Shown here: positions 33,369-43,321 of the stretch, one piece after another
Layout of the letters: the number at the start of each line of letters is the position of its first letter
How positions within the stretch are numbered: the stretch's first letter is position 1
From: Verrucomicrobiota bacterium
GTDB taxonomy: Bacteria; Verrucomicrobiota; Verrucomicrobiia; Opitutales; JABDGR01
Length of the DNA stretch: 64,000 nucleotides
Direction: 5' to 3'
NCBI GenBank assembly: GCA_013285985.1
Contig: JABDGR010000001.1
Coordinates: forward strand, 67 to 64,066
Program-made: the position numbers and the translations under genes
The notes under the pieces: generated by a model
The model's input: only the letters and a program-made list of their open reading frames with translations
Databases searched by the model: none
Told to the model about the DNA's origin: nothing

Positions 33369-33485
33369 GACGACACGGAGGTCGTCCCTCCGGGGATTTC
33401 ACCAACTCCAAACGCGATAAAAGCGGCGTCAAGCCGCCACAGGCCAAAGACCAAATCGCTAGGCCCGCCGGGCCCTACCCTACCG
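33369..33485. repeat. Mixed REP-like cluster at the 3' end of RNase R
   Basis: gacgacacggaggtcgtccctcc, aaagcggcgtcaagccgccacaggccaaa and gctaggcccgccgggccctacc; each recurs elsewhere in the window. Confidence 0.75.
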
Positions 33486-35918
33486 CCGGCGGCGGCGGCG
33501 GTTATCTTTGTGCGAGCGCGGGGGTTGATGGCGGTCCTGGCGCTGGCCGGGGCGCATCTTTCTATTCTGTGAAACCATCGCGGGCGTGACGGAAGAATTT
33601 TCACGCTGCTGGCCGGAGGTGCGCGGGCCGCCTTCCTGGACGACGCGGAAGTCAATCTGGCGCTTGTAGCGGTCCACGCGGAAGACTTCGACGGGAATTT
33701 CCTGGCCGAGGGAGAATTTGCGCCGGGTGCGGCGGCCGACGAGTTCGCGGCCGTCGGCGGAGATGGAATACAAATCGTCCTGCAGCGAGGAGAGCGGGAC
33801 GAAGCCGTAGGCCATGGATTCGCGGAGCTCGATGAAGAAGCCGTGGTTGCGGATGTCCGTGATGAGGGCGGGGAATTGCTGGCGCGGGGTGCGCTGGGCC
33901 TCGCGCTCGAAAAATTCGAGGAGCTTGAGCTTCACGGTCTCGCGCTCGGCGTCGGTGCTGTTGCGCTCGGTCAGGCTCAAGTGGCGGGCAAGGGCGTCGA
34001 GGTCGGCCTGATTATAGCGCACGGGCGCGGGGGCGGCATGGCCGGCGCCGGTGCGGGCGAGGTAATTGTCGAAAATGCGGTGCACCACGAGGTCGGAATA
34101 GCGGCGGATGGGCGACGTGAAGTGGGTATAGAATTTTTTGTAGAGGCCGTAATGGCCGTCCACCGACGCGCGGTAGCAGGCCTGCTTCAAGCTGCGGAGG
34201 AACTGCGTCTTCAGCGTGTGGCCCTGCGGGTGGCGGCGGATTTTATCGAGCACGCGGATGATTTCCTGGCGCTGGGTCAAATCGCCGGCCTGGACGCCGA
34301 AGGTGGCGAGCAAGTCGCGCAGCTCGATTAATTTTTCGGGGTCGGGCTGATCGTGCACGCGGGAGAGGAACGGCAGGCCGGCCTCGTGCAGCGCGCGGGC
34401 GACGACCTCGTTGGCCAGGAGCATGAATTCCTCGACGAGCTGGTGGCTTTCGTCGTTTTGAATCAATTCGAGGCGGTCGGCATAGCCGTCGGCATCGGTG
34501 AAAATTTTGACTTCGGGAAAATCGAAATCGAGGCTGCCCTTTTGCATGCGGGCGACGCGCATCGGCTCGGCGAGGCTCCACAGTGTGCGCACGGCGTCGC
34601 GAAGCTCGACGAGTTCGGCGTCGTTGAGCGAGGAAAGCGGACGGCCCGTCGAACCGGTGGCATGCGCGGGCGGCAGAGGCAAGGCGCGCAGCAGGGCGAG
34701 GTCGTTTTCCTTGAGCAGCGCGAAGGCCTGGCGATAAGTGAGGCGTTTGCGGCTGCGGATGACGGTGTTGGCAAAGCGCGTGGCCTTGATTTTGCCGTTC
34801 GCGCTGAAGGTAACAAAGACGCTCTTCGTCAGACGATCCTGCGCTTCGACGAGGCTGCAGAGGCCGTTCGAGAGCACGTGGGGCAGCATGGGGACGACGC
34901 AGCCGACGAGATAGGTTGAATTGCCGCGGGCGCGGGCCTCTTTATCGAGCGCGGTGCCGGGGCGGACGTACGCGCTGACATCCGCGATGTGGATGCCGAT
35001 GCGCAAATCGCCGCCGGGAAGATGCTCGACGGAAAGGGCGTCGTCGAAATCCTTGGCATCGTCGGGGTCAATGGTGATGGTGAAAATGTTGCGGATGTCC
35101 TCGCGGCCGACTTGGTCGCGCGGGCGGACTTCGGGCGGGATGGACGCGGCCTCGAGCAAGACCGGCTCCGGAAACTCCGGCTGCAGGTGATATTTATAGA
35201 GGATGGCCTTGAACTCCGCGCCGGGCGTGTGCGTGACGCCGAGGTTTTCGATAATGTCGCCGGTGGGGCTTTGGTGCGGCTGCGTCCATTCGTGCAGGCG
35301 CACGAGGACTTTGTCGCCCGGTTTGGGCGGGGGGAAGACGGAGCTTTGCGCGGGGTCGGCGACGAGGACGGTGCGGACGAAGCGCGGGTCGTCGGGCGTG
35401 ACGTTCCAAAATTGGTGGTCGCGGCGGAGGGTGCCGGCGATGGTGTCATGCGCGCGTTCGAGGACGCGGATGATGCGGCCGTGTTTCTCGTCGGCGGAGC
35501 CGGGCTTGCCGGCGCGCCAGGGCCGGGCGCGTTTGTTTTCGCGCACGAGGACGAGGTCGCCATGCAGGGCGGTGCCGGTGTCCTGCGCGGGGATGTGCCA
35601 GGGCGGGCCGAGGGACGCGCCATCCGGGCCTTCCGGCAGAAACACGGCGACGCCGCTCTGGCGGAACTTGACGCGGCCGCTTTGCAAATCGGCGTCGCGG
35701 GGAATGACAAAACGGTCCTGCTTGACCTTGGCGATGAAGCCCTTGTTCAGCAGACTCTGAATGAGGGCGCTGAATTTTTTATCGTCGCGACGATCGAGGC
35801 GCAGGGCCGCGGCAAGGTCTTCCACGCGCATCGGCGTGTAATCTTTGCGGCGGAGCAATTCGAGCAGGCGGTCCTCGAGGGTGGCATCGGGCGGGCCGGG
35901 TCTATCTTCGGTTCTCAT
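33480..35918 (-). CDS. rnr: Ribonuclease R (RNB family)
   Basis: ITIDPDDAKDFDDALS, LVEEFMLLAN, HFTSPIRRYSDL, C-terminal S1 domain and basic tail, N-terminal HTH-like region. Confidence 0.92.
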   Translation of the reverse strand: MRTEDRPGPPDATLEDRLLELLRRKDYTPMRVEDLAAALRLDRRDDKKFSALIQSLLNKGFIAKVKQDRFVIPRDADLQSGRVKFRQSGVAVFLPEGPDGASLGPPWHIPAQDTGTALHGDLVLVRENKRARPWRAGKPGSADEKHGRIIRVLERAHDTIAGTLRRDHQFWNVTPDDPRFVRTVLVADPAQSSVFPPPKPGDKVLVRLHEWTQPHQSPTGDIIENLGVTHTPGAEFKAILYKYHLQPEFPEPVLLEAASIPPEVRPRDQVGREDIRNIFTITIDPDDAKDFDDALSVEHLPGGDLRIGIHIADVSAYVRPGTALDKEARARGNSTYLVGCVVPMLPHVLSNGLCSLVEAQDRLTKSVFVTFSANGKIKATRFANTVIRSRKRLTYRQAFALLKENDLALLRALPLPPAHATGSTGRPLSSLNDAELVELRDAVRTLWSLAEPMRVARMQKGSLDFDFPEVKIFTDADGYADRLELIQNDESHQLVEEFMLLANEVVARALHEAGLPFLSRVHDQPDPEKLIELRDLLATFGVQAGDLTQRQEIIRVLDKIRRHPQGHTLKTQFLRSLKQACYRASVDGHYGLYKKFYTHFTSPIRRYSDLVVHRIFDNYLARTGAGHAAPAPVRYNQADLDALARHLSLTERNSTDAERETVKLKLLEFFEREAQRTPRQQFPALITDIRNHGFFIELRESMAYGFVPLSSLQDDLYSISADGRELVGRRTRRKFSLGQEIPVEVFRVDRYKRQIDFRVVQEGGPRTSGQQRENSSVTPAMVSQNRKMRPGQRQDRHQPPRSHKDNRRRRRR

Positions 35919-35921
35919 CAA

Positions 35922-36359
35922 TTAAGGAAATTTGGGCGGGGTGCGGCCCTCGTCCACTTCGATAAAATCGAACATGGTGAGGATTTCGCCGATGCGGTGC
36001 TCGAGTTTGGCTTCTTTGAGGCGCATATGAAGGCGGGGCGTGGCGGTGTCGCGCCAGCCGCGCCGGAGGAGAAATTCGTTGAGTTCGGTGATTTCGTCAG
36101 TGGACGGCATACGACCATGCTCGAAGCACCACTGGAGGGCGGCTTCATCGGAGGCGCCGGCGAGGACCTGCTTTTTGAGGTCGTCGTATTTGACGCCGAG
36201 GAAACTGCAGCAACGGGCGTCAAAACCGCCGCCGAGGTTTTCGAGGTAATCCTTGCCGAGGGCGCTGGCGGCGTGCAGGCGGATTTTGTCCAGCATGCGG
36301 GGGAAATAGACGAGGCCGCCGGTCTTGTCATAACAACTGCGGGGGAACTTGGTGCTCAT
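35922..36359 (-). CDS. DUF5069-family protein
   Basis: PRSxYDKTGGLVYFPRMLDKIRLHA...GFD...FLGV...TMFDFIEVDEGR. Confidence 0.8.
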   Translation of the reverse strand: MSTKFPRSCYDKTGGLVYFPRMLDKIRLHAASALGKDYLENLGGGFDARCCSFLGVKYDDLKKQVLAGASDEAALQWCFEHGRMPSTDEITELNEFLLRRGWRDTATPRLHMRLKEAKLEHRIGEILTMFDFIEVDEGRTPPKFP

Positions 36360-36523
36360 GGAAATAGGGAGATGGAGGAACCACGTTAACAGATTTCCGG
36401 CGCAGGGGAAGCACAACCGGCATGCCAATATTGACGCATTTTGAAATGACCTAAACAAGCGCCTAAAGAGCGGATTGGCCAGAGCCTAAAACTCTCCAGA
36501 AAACGACGAGCAGAGAATAAGAA

Positions 36524-37711
36524 CTAATTTGCCAAGAAACCTACCGTTTTTGCTTTTGGCATGGTTTTTATTTTAGCTGATAACTCTGTTTGGGTGAAGA
36601 GTGAAGGCCATTCGAGATTGATTGAAATTATATATGTCTCGCCGTCTTTTCGGTGTCGTATTGCCTGTAGATGTATGAGTTGATTCAAGTCCCTAATCAA
36701 AATCTTGTAAGGATTTTTTATTGTGTATGCCCATTTTGTTTTTTCGGTAATGGCCTCTAAGGTTAATTCTCCTTCCTGCAAGAGAAGTTTCAATACCTCA
36801 AATTGGCGCCCTGTTACTACACGTTTTCTGGGAGAGGTTAAGCGCCCAACTAACTCCGTCATGGTTTGCCTAAATAACGCCTTCGAAATATGCTCTTTTA
36901 TTTCTGAAAATAGGCGTTTGCATTGCTGTTCTATACCTTTTAGGCCAAGTAAAATGAATGGCGTCAAATCGTACTCTTGAGCACGTACGTCTGCCAACGC
37001 CTTTAGGTAAGCATTTTTTTCGTCATAATAATAATTGGACATTGCGATAAAGAGCGGTGTTTCGCGCAACCCAACTCTTTGAAGCATCAAGGCTTCTAAT
37101 GCTCGAGCTGTGCGACCATTGCCATCGAGAAAGGGATGCATGGCCGCAAAATGGTAATGTAACGCGAGTGCCTGTATAAGTGGGTCGTGGTCCTGGAACT
37201 CAGTCCGCACCGCCTCGCAAAGAGACTGGAAGGATTGGCAGACCATGTCGCCACCTGGTGCGCCACGATGCCTTGGATGTCCAAAAATGACATTGTCATC
37301 CGGGCCACGCAGTTTTCCGGGTGGGCAGTGATCATCATCTGCACCCGTGACGATGAGTCTGTGAATTTCGCAAATAAGCTCTTCATTGACTGGCCTATCG
37401 GCCGGCTGTTGGGCAATCCACCGATACGCATTTGCGGCAGCAGCGGCTTGTTTTTGAGAACGCGTTTCTAATTGTTCCACAGATTCGTGCATGGCTGCAT
37501 CTAACTCTTTGTCTGTAAATTCAGCTCCTTCAATTTTTGAAGTGCCAGCCACCTCGCGTTTAAGTTGAATACGCCGCATTTCATCAGCCCATTCACGCTG
37601 ATAGGGCATACTCGTCAGCGAAATAACCATTGCCTTTGCCGTGGACAATGGGCCTAGAACTTGGCCTTTATCGTATTTCAGCCAGCTTTGGGGGCGAGTG
37701 TAACGGATCAT
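36524..37711 (-). CDS. Fic-domain protein (class II-like) with C-terminal HTH-like region
   Basis: Canonical HPFLDGNGRTAR motif; N-terminal TSKIEG inhibitory (S/T)xxxE(G/N) motif; visibly more AT-rich than flanks. Confidence 0.9.
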   Translation of the reverse strand: MIRYTRPQSWLKYDKGQVLGPLSTAKAMVISLTSMPYQREWADEMRRIQLKREVAGTSKIEGAEFTDKELDAAMHESVEQLETRSQKQAAAAANAYRWIAQQPADRPVNEELICEIHRLIVTGADDDHCPPGKLRGPDDNVIFGHPRHRGAPGGDMVCQSFQSLCEAVRTEFQDHDPLIQALALHYHFAAMHPFLDGNGRTARALEALMLQRVGLRETPLFIAMSNYYYDEKNAYLKALADVRAQEYDLTPFILLGLKGIEQQCKRLFSEIKEHISKALFRQTMTELVGRLTSPRKRVVTGRQFEVLKLLLQEGELTLEAITEKTKWAYTIKNPYKILIRDLNQLIHLQAIRHRKDGETYIISINLEWPSLFTQTELSAKIKTMPKAKTVGFLAN

Positions 37712-37848
37712 TACCAAATTCAATTCATTTCCAGAATTATAGCAAGCATTAAATTCATAAAATGTTGGATGATAATGAAATAAAAGTTTTAAGTAAATTT
37801 TTACTCGACTTTAAAATCAATTTCGTTTCCAGTCCATTTCCTCGATTT

Positions 37849-38400
37849 ATGAGCACTATTTATCTCAATTCGTTTTTCCCGATTAATCAGATTACGGCGA
37901 ACAAGTTGATGGCTGTTTGCGCCCAGCTTATCGCCAGCGAAAAGCCCGAACGACTTTATTTCCTCTTCGCTTCACCCGGCGGCGAAGTTCCTGCAGGCAT
38001 AGTAATTTATCATTATCTAAGGGCACTCCCCGTCAAGGTGACGATGCACAACATCGGCTCGATAGATTCAATCGCCAATGTAATTTTTCATGCCGCTGAT
38101 GAACGCAAGGCCGTACCGCAATCCACATTTTTATTTCACGGTGTCAGCTTGGGACTGGAAAAGGTAAGTTTAAACCGAAATCAACTTCAAGAGCTTAGCA
38201 GCCAATTAAGCGCCGATGAAATGAAAATCGCCACGATTCTAGCTGCCCGTTGCAACCTCACGCATGGGGATATCGAGTCCATGTTTGTCCAAGGCGTAAC
38301 CAAAGACGCCGTCTTTGCGAAGGACAAAGGCATCATTCAGGAGATTTCTCAGCCTGTCATCCCCCCAGACGCAAAGTTCATTAGCCTGAACTTTACCTAA
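37849..38400 (+). CDS. Divergent ClpP/crotonase-fold (Clp protease proteolytic subunit-like) protein
   Basis: LFASPGGEVxAGxxIYxYL, GSIDSIA (catalytic Ser position), FLFH (His), AKDKGIIQEI. Confidence 0.8.
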   Translation: MSTIYLNSFFPINQITANKLMAVCAQLIASEKPERLYFLFASPGGEVPAGIVIYHYLRALPVKVTMHNIGSIDSIANVIFHAADERKAVPQSTFLFHGVSLGLEKVSLNRNQLQELSSQLSADEMKIATILAARCNLTHGDIESMFVQGVTKDAVFAKDKGIIQEISQPVIPPDAKFISLNFT

Positions 38401-38614
38401 GGCGGAGGGGTCTCCGGCCCAAAAAATGACCGGAAAGGCCACGTTTTTGAAATAAGGCGTTTCCATAGCGGTTAAAAATACCCTCCGATGAGGTGTTATA
38501 CAAGGGCTTTTATCACTTAGATTTGCTCCGTGCAATGGCTCCGTTGGCTGCGTTGGATAGATTTGATGCGTTTGATAGGTTGGGTTCTGCTTAGCAGAGT
38601 AGTCTCCCTTCTTG

Positions 38615-39880
38615 TTACGGCTCGTGTTTGACGGTGGATAGATCCAGCTTGCCGAGTTTGGGAGCGAGGAGGGCCGTGGCCGCGGCGACGACGAGGGTCA
38701 TGCAGCCGCCAAAAACCACCGAGGGCACGGTGCCCATGAGCTTGGCCATGACGCCGGATTCGAATTCACCAATTTCGTTGGAGGAGCCGACGAAGATGGA
38801 GCTGACCGCGGCGACGCGGCCCTTCATGTGGTCGGGCGTGACAATCTGGAACATCGTCCAGCGGACAAAGACGCTGACGGCGTCGAAACCGCCGCTGAGG
38901 AAGAGACAGAACATAGAGAGCCAGAAATTGGTGCTGATGCCGAAGAGAATCATGGAGACGCCGAAACCGACGACGTTCCATAACAAGGCCGGGCCGGCGC
39001 GGCGCGTAATGGGGTAATAGGACAAATAGACGCCGACAACGGCAGAGCCGGCGGCGGGCGCGGCGCGTAGAAAACCGAGGCCGATGGCGCCAGTGTGTAG
39101 AATCTGGTCTGAATAAATCGGCAGCAAAGCGACCGCGCCACCGAAGAGCACAGCAAATAAATCGAGCGTCATCGCGCCGAGGATAACCTGGCTACGGAAG
39201 ACGAAGCGGAGGCCTTCATGAATGCTGGCGACGACGGATTGCTCGGTGCGTTGCGGGGTAACCGGCTGAACCGGGATGGGGAGAAGGCTGACCCAGCCGA
39301 TTAAGAGTGCGAGGACGGAAAGACCGTACGTCACCGCGGCGCCGAAGTAGGCGAAGCAAATCCCGCCCGCGGCCGGGCCGCCGATGCACGCGGCCTGCCA
39401 GACGTTCGCGTTCCAGACGGAGGCGTTGCCATAGAGTTCAGGCGGGACGATTTGGCCGAGCAACCCGAAATGCGCCGGGCTGAGAAAACCACGGCAAAGC
39501 CCGGTAAAAAAGATGACGGCGTAGATAATCCAGAGGTGCGTCAGAAGAAAATCGTGAAACATCGGCAGGGAAGCCGCGGCGAGGGCGGCGGTGGCGAGCA
39601 GAAGCAGACCGTTCGACATTAATAGAATAGTCCGACGGCTCATCACGTCGGCGACATGGCCGGCGAAGAGAGAAACGCCCAAAGCCGGCACGGCCTCGGC
39701 CAGGCCGATGAGGCCCATCTTGAGGGGGTCGTGGGTCAACTGGTAAATCTGCCAGCCGACGGCGACGCTTTGAATCTGGATGGCGCTGGAGCCAAAGAGG
39801 CGGTAGAGCCAGAAGGCGCGATACGCGGGCAGGCGGAAGGCGGCGTAGGCGTCGGTCGGCGGAGTAATGGCGTCCGGCAT
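38615..39880 (-). CDS. MFS transporter (EntS/DHA3-like)
   Basis: About 12 hydrophobic segments, AVGWQIYQLT, GHVADxxSRR, DLFAVLFGGAVALLP, PDHMKGRV. Confidence 0.92.
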   Translation of the reverse strand: MPDAITPPTDAYAAFRLPAYRAFWLYRLFGSSAIQIQSVAVGWQIYQLTHDPLKMGLIGLAEAVPALGVSLFAGHVADVMSRRTILLMSNGLLLLATAALAAASLPMFHDFLLTHLWIIYAVIFFTGLCRGFLSPAHFGLLGQIVPPELYGNASVWNANVWQAACIGGPAAGGICFAYFGAAVTYGLSVLALLIGWVSLLPIPVQPVTPQRTEQSVVASIHEGLRFVFRSQVILGAMTLDLFAVLFGGAVALLPIYSDQILHTGAIGLGFLRAAPAAGSAVVGVYLSYYPITRRAGPALLWNVVGFGVSMILFGISTNFWLSMFCLFLSGGFDAVSVFVRWTMFQIVTPDHMKGRVAAVSSIFVGSSNEIGEFESGVMAKLMGTVPSVVFGGCMTLVVAAATALLAPKLGKLDLSTVKHEP

Positions 39881-39982
39881 TTTCCCCAAAATCCCGCGTG
39901 CGAGCGCGCGAGTCAATGGCGGAACGCGGGATGGCGCGGGGCCTCAGGTGTTTCCCCAAGAGAATAAGACTGGCGGAACGGA

Positions 39983-41698
39983 ATGCTTTCGCCAGTGTTT
40001 GTTTTGACCATGGGCCTTTGCCGCCGAGCCAGCAGCATCCTTTGCGCCGCCGCAATCCTTGTGGCCGGCGCCCCGCCCGCCCGTGCCGCCACAGTGGTGG
40101 CCGCGGCGAATGATTATATACCCAGCGCCGAGCGGGTGGTGGTGGTGGCCAACTCGCGCGAGCCGGAGTCGGAAAAAATCGCGCGTTACTACATGCAGAA
40201 GCGCCAGATACCCGAAAAAAACCTGATCCTGCTCGACGCACCCACCGCCGCGGACATCACCTGGACGGAATTTGTGGAGCAGATTTTCAACCCGTTGCGC
40301 GCGCGGCTGACGAAAGACGGCTGGCTGACGGCCTACGTCAGCGGCCAAAAAGACGGTGAGGGACGGTTGCGCTACGTCTTCTTCGGAAACAAAATTGATT
40401 TTCTCGTCGTATGCTACGGCGTGCCCATCCGGATCCAAAACGACCCGGCGCGCCTCGTGGAAACGGCGCTGACGCGCGAACATAAAGAATTGAAAAGCAA
40501 CCAAGCCGCGGTGGATAGCGAACTCGCCCTGCTCGCCGCGCCGGAGACGCCAACGACGGGCCTGGTCGCCAACCCGCTATTCCAAATCGCCAAGCCGGAC
40601 AATTTTATCCGCGCGGAAGTCGTCAAGGTCGCGCGGCTGGACGGCCCGGACCCGGCGGCGGTGCGCGGCCTGGTGGACAGCGCGCTGGCTGGCGAAGCGA
40701 ACGGCTTGCAAGGCCGCGCGTACATCGACATGGGCGGGCCGCACCAGCAAGGCGAAGACTGGCTGAAGTCCGCCAGCGCGGCGCTGCGCAAGCTCGGCTT
40801 CGACGTGAGCGAGGACCACAACCGGGAGCTTTTTGGCTGGCAGGATCGTTTTGACGCCCCCGCTTTTTATTTCGGCTGGTATTCCGACCATCTCTCCGGC
40901 CCGATTTCCGATCCGAAGTTTCGCTTTCCGCCCGGCGCCATCGCGGTCCACATCCACAGTTTTTCCGCGAGCGTGATTCGCAGCCCCGACCAGCAATGGG
41001 TCGGCCCGCTGGTGGAACGCGGGGTCGCGGCCACGCTGGGCAACGTTTACGAACCGTACCTTGCCTTCACGCACCATCTGGATTTGTTCATGGAGGCGCT
41101 CGCGGCGGGCAAGACGACGGGCGAAGCCGCCTATTACTCGCTGCCGGCGCTGAGCTGGCAGGAAGTCTTCATCGGCGACCCACTCTATCGGCCTTTTGCC
41201 TTCGGCCTGCCCGAGCAACTGGCTCGCGCCAAGAGCGCACCGAACGCCTATTCGACGTATACGGTCATCCGGCAAATGAACCTGTTGCAGGGAGCGGGAA
41301 ATACTGCCGATGCGCTGGCGTTTGGGCAGGAGGCCTTCGACCATCAACCGGATTTGGCGCTGGCCTTTGCGCTCGCGCAACTCGACCACGCGCTCGGCCA
41401 CGACCTCGACGCGTTCAAGCACCTGGCCTGGGCGGCGACCATCGGCCCGGTGACGCGCGGGGATTTGGGGTTGTTCGCCGAAGCCGCGCGCTGGGCCGCG
41501 GCCAATGGCGGCCGGCCGCTGGCGCTCGACTTGCTCACCAAGGCCCTCGCGGCGGAGGCGAGCCCGGAGTTTCTCAAAACCATTTTGCCCGAAGCCATCG
41601 GCCTCGCTGGCGACGCCGGCAACGCGGACCTGCATGATCGCTGGCAAAAGCAACTCGATGGACTCACCCCCCACCCCGACCATGCCGCCGCCCAATAA
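39983..41698 (+). CDS. TIGR03790-family protein
   Basis: VVVVANS...IARYY...AAVDSELALL...ARLDGP...YFGWY...PGAIAVHIHSFSA...GNVYEPYL...GDPLYRPF; start uncertain (39983 or 40010). Confidence 0.85.
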   Translation: MLSPVFVLTMGLCRRASSILCAAAILVAGAPPARAATVVAAANDYIPSAERVVVVANSREPESEKIARYYMQKRQIPEKNLILLDAPTAADITWTEFVEQIFNPLRARLTKDGWLTAYVSGQKDGEGRLRYVFFGNKIDFLVVCYGVPIRIQNDPARLVETALTREHKELKSNQAAVDSELALLAAPETPTTGLVANPLFQIAKPDNFIRAEVVKVARLDGPDPAAVRGLVDSALAGEANGLQGRAYIDMGGPHQQGEDWLKSASAALRKLGFDVSEDHNRELFGWQDRFDAPAFYFGWYSDHLSGPISDPKFRFPPGAIAVHIHSFSASVIRSPDQQWVGPLVERGVAATLGNVYEPYLAFTHHLDLFMEALAAGKTTGEAAYYSLPALSWQEVFIGDPLYRPFAFGLPEQLARAKSAPNAYSTYTVIRQMNLLQGAGNTADALAFGQEAFDHQPDLALAFALAQLDHALGHDLDAFKHLAWAATIGPVTRGDLGLFAEAARWAAANGGRPLALDLLTKALAAEASPEFLKTILPEAIGLAGDAGNADLHDRWQKQLDGLTPHPDHAAAQ

Positions 41699-41969
41699 GA
41701 AAAAAGAGGTTGATTACGCGGCGCTGTCGTCGCCGTTCATGCGCATCCCGCGCCTGCCGGTCGTCGTTGCACGCGACCTGATCGACCTTGGGCTGCGCGA
41801 TGTTTTCGAGCTGCAGGGCCGCGCGCCGGAAGTGCTGTTGGAGGAAATGCGCCGCCGAAAACCCACCACGCCCGACAGCCACCTGCCGTTTATTCGCCTC
41901 GCGGTTTATTTTGCGGAAAACCCGGATCCCGACCGCGAGAAATTATATCCGGATGCGTGGAGGGATTAA
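41682..41969 (+). CDS. Small helix-hairpin-helix protein (Cdd1/mitomycin-resistance McrB-like)
   Basis: RIPRLPVVVARDLIDLGLRDVFELQGRAPE...RLAVYFAENPDPDREKL; overlaps the upstream stop. Confidence 0.75.
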   Translation: MPPPNKKKEVDYAALSSPFMRIPRLPVVVARDLIDLGLRDVFELQGRAPEVLLEEMRRRKPTTPDSHLPFIRLAVYFAENPDPDREKLYPDAWRD

Positions 41970-42121
41970 CTTGAGGTTCCAATTCGCGCCATGCGAGATA
42001 TGCCTACGGCAAGCGATGGCAAAATGTGGCTGGCGGGAAGCTGATTTTATTGATATTTATAAACTTGAGGTTTGGATCAGGGCCGTCGTCTTGATTTTTT
42101 TGAATTCATAGAGTTGACGCC

Positions 42122-43219
42122 ATGAAACGCTTGAAAGTTATCCAGTGGACCGGGCTGGCTTTTCTTGGCGGAATGGCGGTGGGTTACTATGGATTCTCGC
42201 GTTCGGTGAAGGAACCGGCCAAGGCCCATGCGACCACAGTCGTGATTCCGGCGACAGCCAAGACGGTATCGTCCACTGGCGAGGTGCCAAACCCGTGGGA
42301 CAGGACAAGTTCAGATGCGGAGCTACTGGGGCTGGCGCGCGTGATGCTCGCGCGCTCTTCGCAAGAAGCACTGGCCTGGGCGCAGTCTTGCGCAGACCCG
42401 GAGTTACGCCGACGGCTTGGCTTGGCCGTCGCGCAGGCTTGGGGGGAAAAGGATCCAACGGAGGCGGTGTCTTGGGCACTGGCCCAGAATGAAGAAAGCG
42501 TGCCCGCAGACCTCAAAGCGGTTTTGGCCGGCGCGATCCGCCAGCCGGTGGCGGTGGAAATCGGCCGTAACTTGTTGGCGCAAAACTCAGCCTATGCCGG
42601 CATGTATGGAACGGCCTTGGTGGCGGCGCTGGACACGGATGAACAGTTTTTGACGGCAGCACGGTTCGCCCAAGAAGCACCGGCGGATTACCGCGAAGAT
42701 TGGGCGGCGGCGGCGGCCCAGGCCTGGGCCAAGAGCCAACCACGCGAAGCGCTGACGGCCCTGGATACGCTCGTTGACGAGCCGTTGCGCGACCCGGTTT
42801 TTCGCGCCGTGGTGCAAGGCTGGCCCGCCACGCAACCCGCGGATTTGGCCACCTATGCGCTTTCCCTGCCGCCGGGTGAGCAACGCGCCTATGCGCTGGA
42901 CCAAGTCATGTACAAATGGGCGCGGCAGGATCCGGCCGGGCTGGCCGCGTGGCTGGCGAATGTTCCTTCAGGGCCAAATTACGACACGAGCACATTTTTT
43001 ATGGTCACGGAGGCCACGCCCGCCAGACTCGACCCCAGCGTGGCCCTGAACTGGGTGGAGAGCATTGGCGACCACGGCATCCGGCTCAATTCGTTCGCGC
43101 AAGTACTGGGGCAATGGGGGCAAACCGATCCGGTGGCGGCGCGGAACTACGTGCAACAGGCGCGCGGGCTGGAAACAAACGAACGGGCACAGTTGCTGCA
43201 AAGCATCCAGGCCCGGTAA
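42122..43219 (+). CDS. Membrane-anchored alpha-helical repeat protein (W..xDP.AA..W repeats), function unknown
   Basis: N-terminal TM; repeats AWGEKDPTEAVSWA, AWAKSQPREAL, KWARQDPAGLAAWL, QWGQTDPVAA. Confidence 0.8.
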   Translation: MKRLKVIQWTGLAFLGGMAVGYYGFSRSVKEPAKAHATTVVIPATAKTVSSTGEVPNPWDRTSSDAELLGLARVMLARSSQEALAWAQSCADPELRRRLGLAVAQAWGEKDPTEAVSWALAQNEESVPADLKAVLAGAIRQPVAVEIGRNLLAQNSAYAGMYGTALVAALDTDEQFLTAARFAQEAPADYREDWAAAAAQAWAKSQPREALTALDTLVDEPLRDPVFRAVVQGWPATQPADLATYALSLPPGEQRAYALDQVMYKWARQDPAGLAAWLANVPSGPNYDTSTFFMVTEATPARLDPSVALNWVESIGDHGIRLNSFAQVLGQWGQTDPVAARNYVQQARGLETNERAQLLQSIQAR

Positions 43220-43249
43220 GCGGCGGCATCGGGCATGGTAACAAAAACA

Positions 43250-43280
43250 AACCCGACCCCGGGATGGCCGGGATCGGGTT
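43250..43280. terminator. Hairpin between convergent genes; probable terminator
   Basis: AACCCGACCCCGG-gatgg-CCGGGATCGGGTT flanked by an A-rich tract (U-tract on minus). Confidence 0.55.
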
Positions 43281-43321
43281 GTGTGGAAGAATAATATTTC
43301 CCGGAGCCAGCCAGCCATTCA

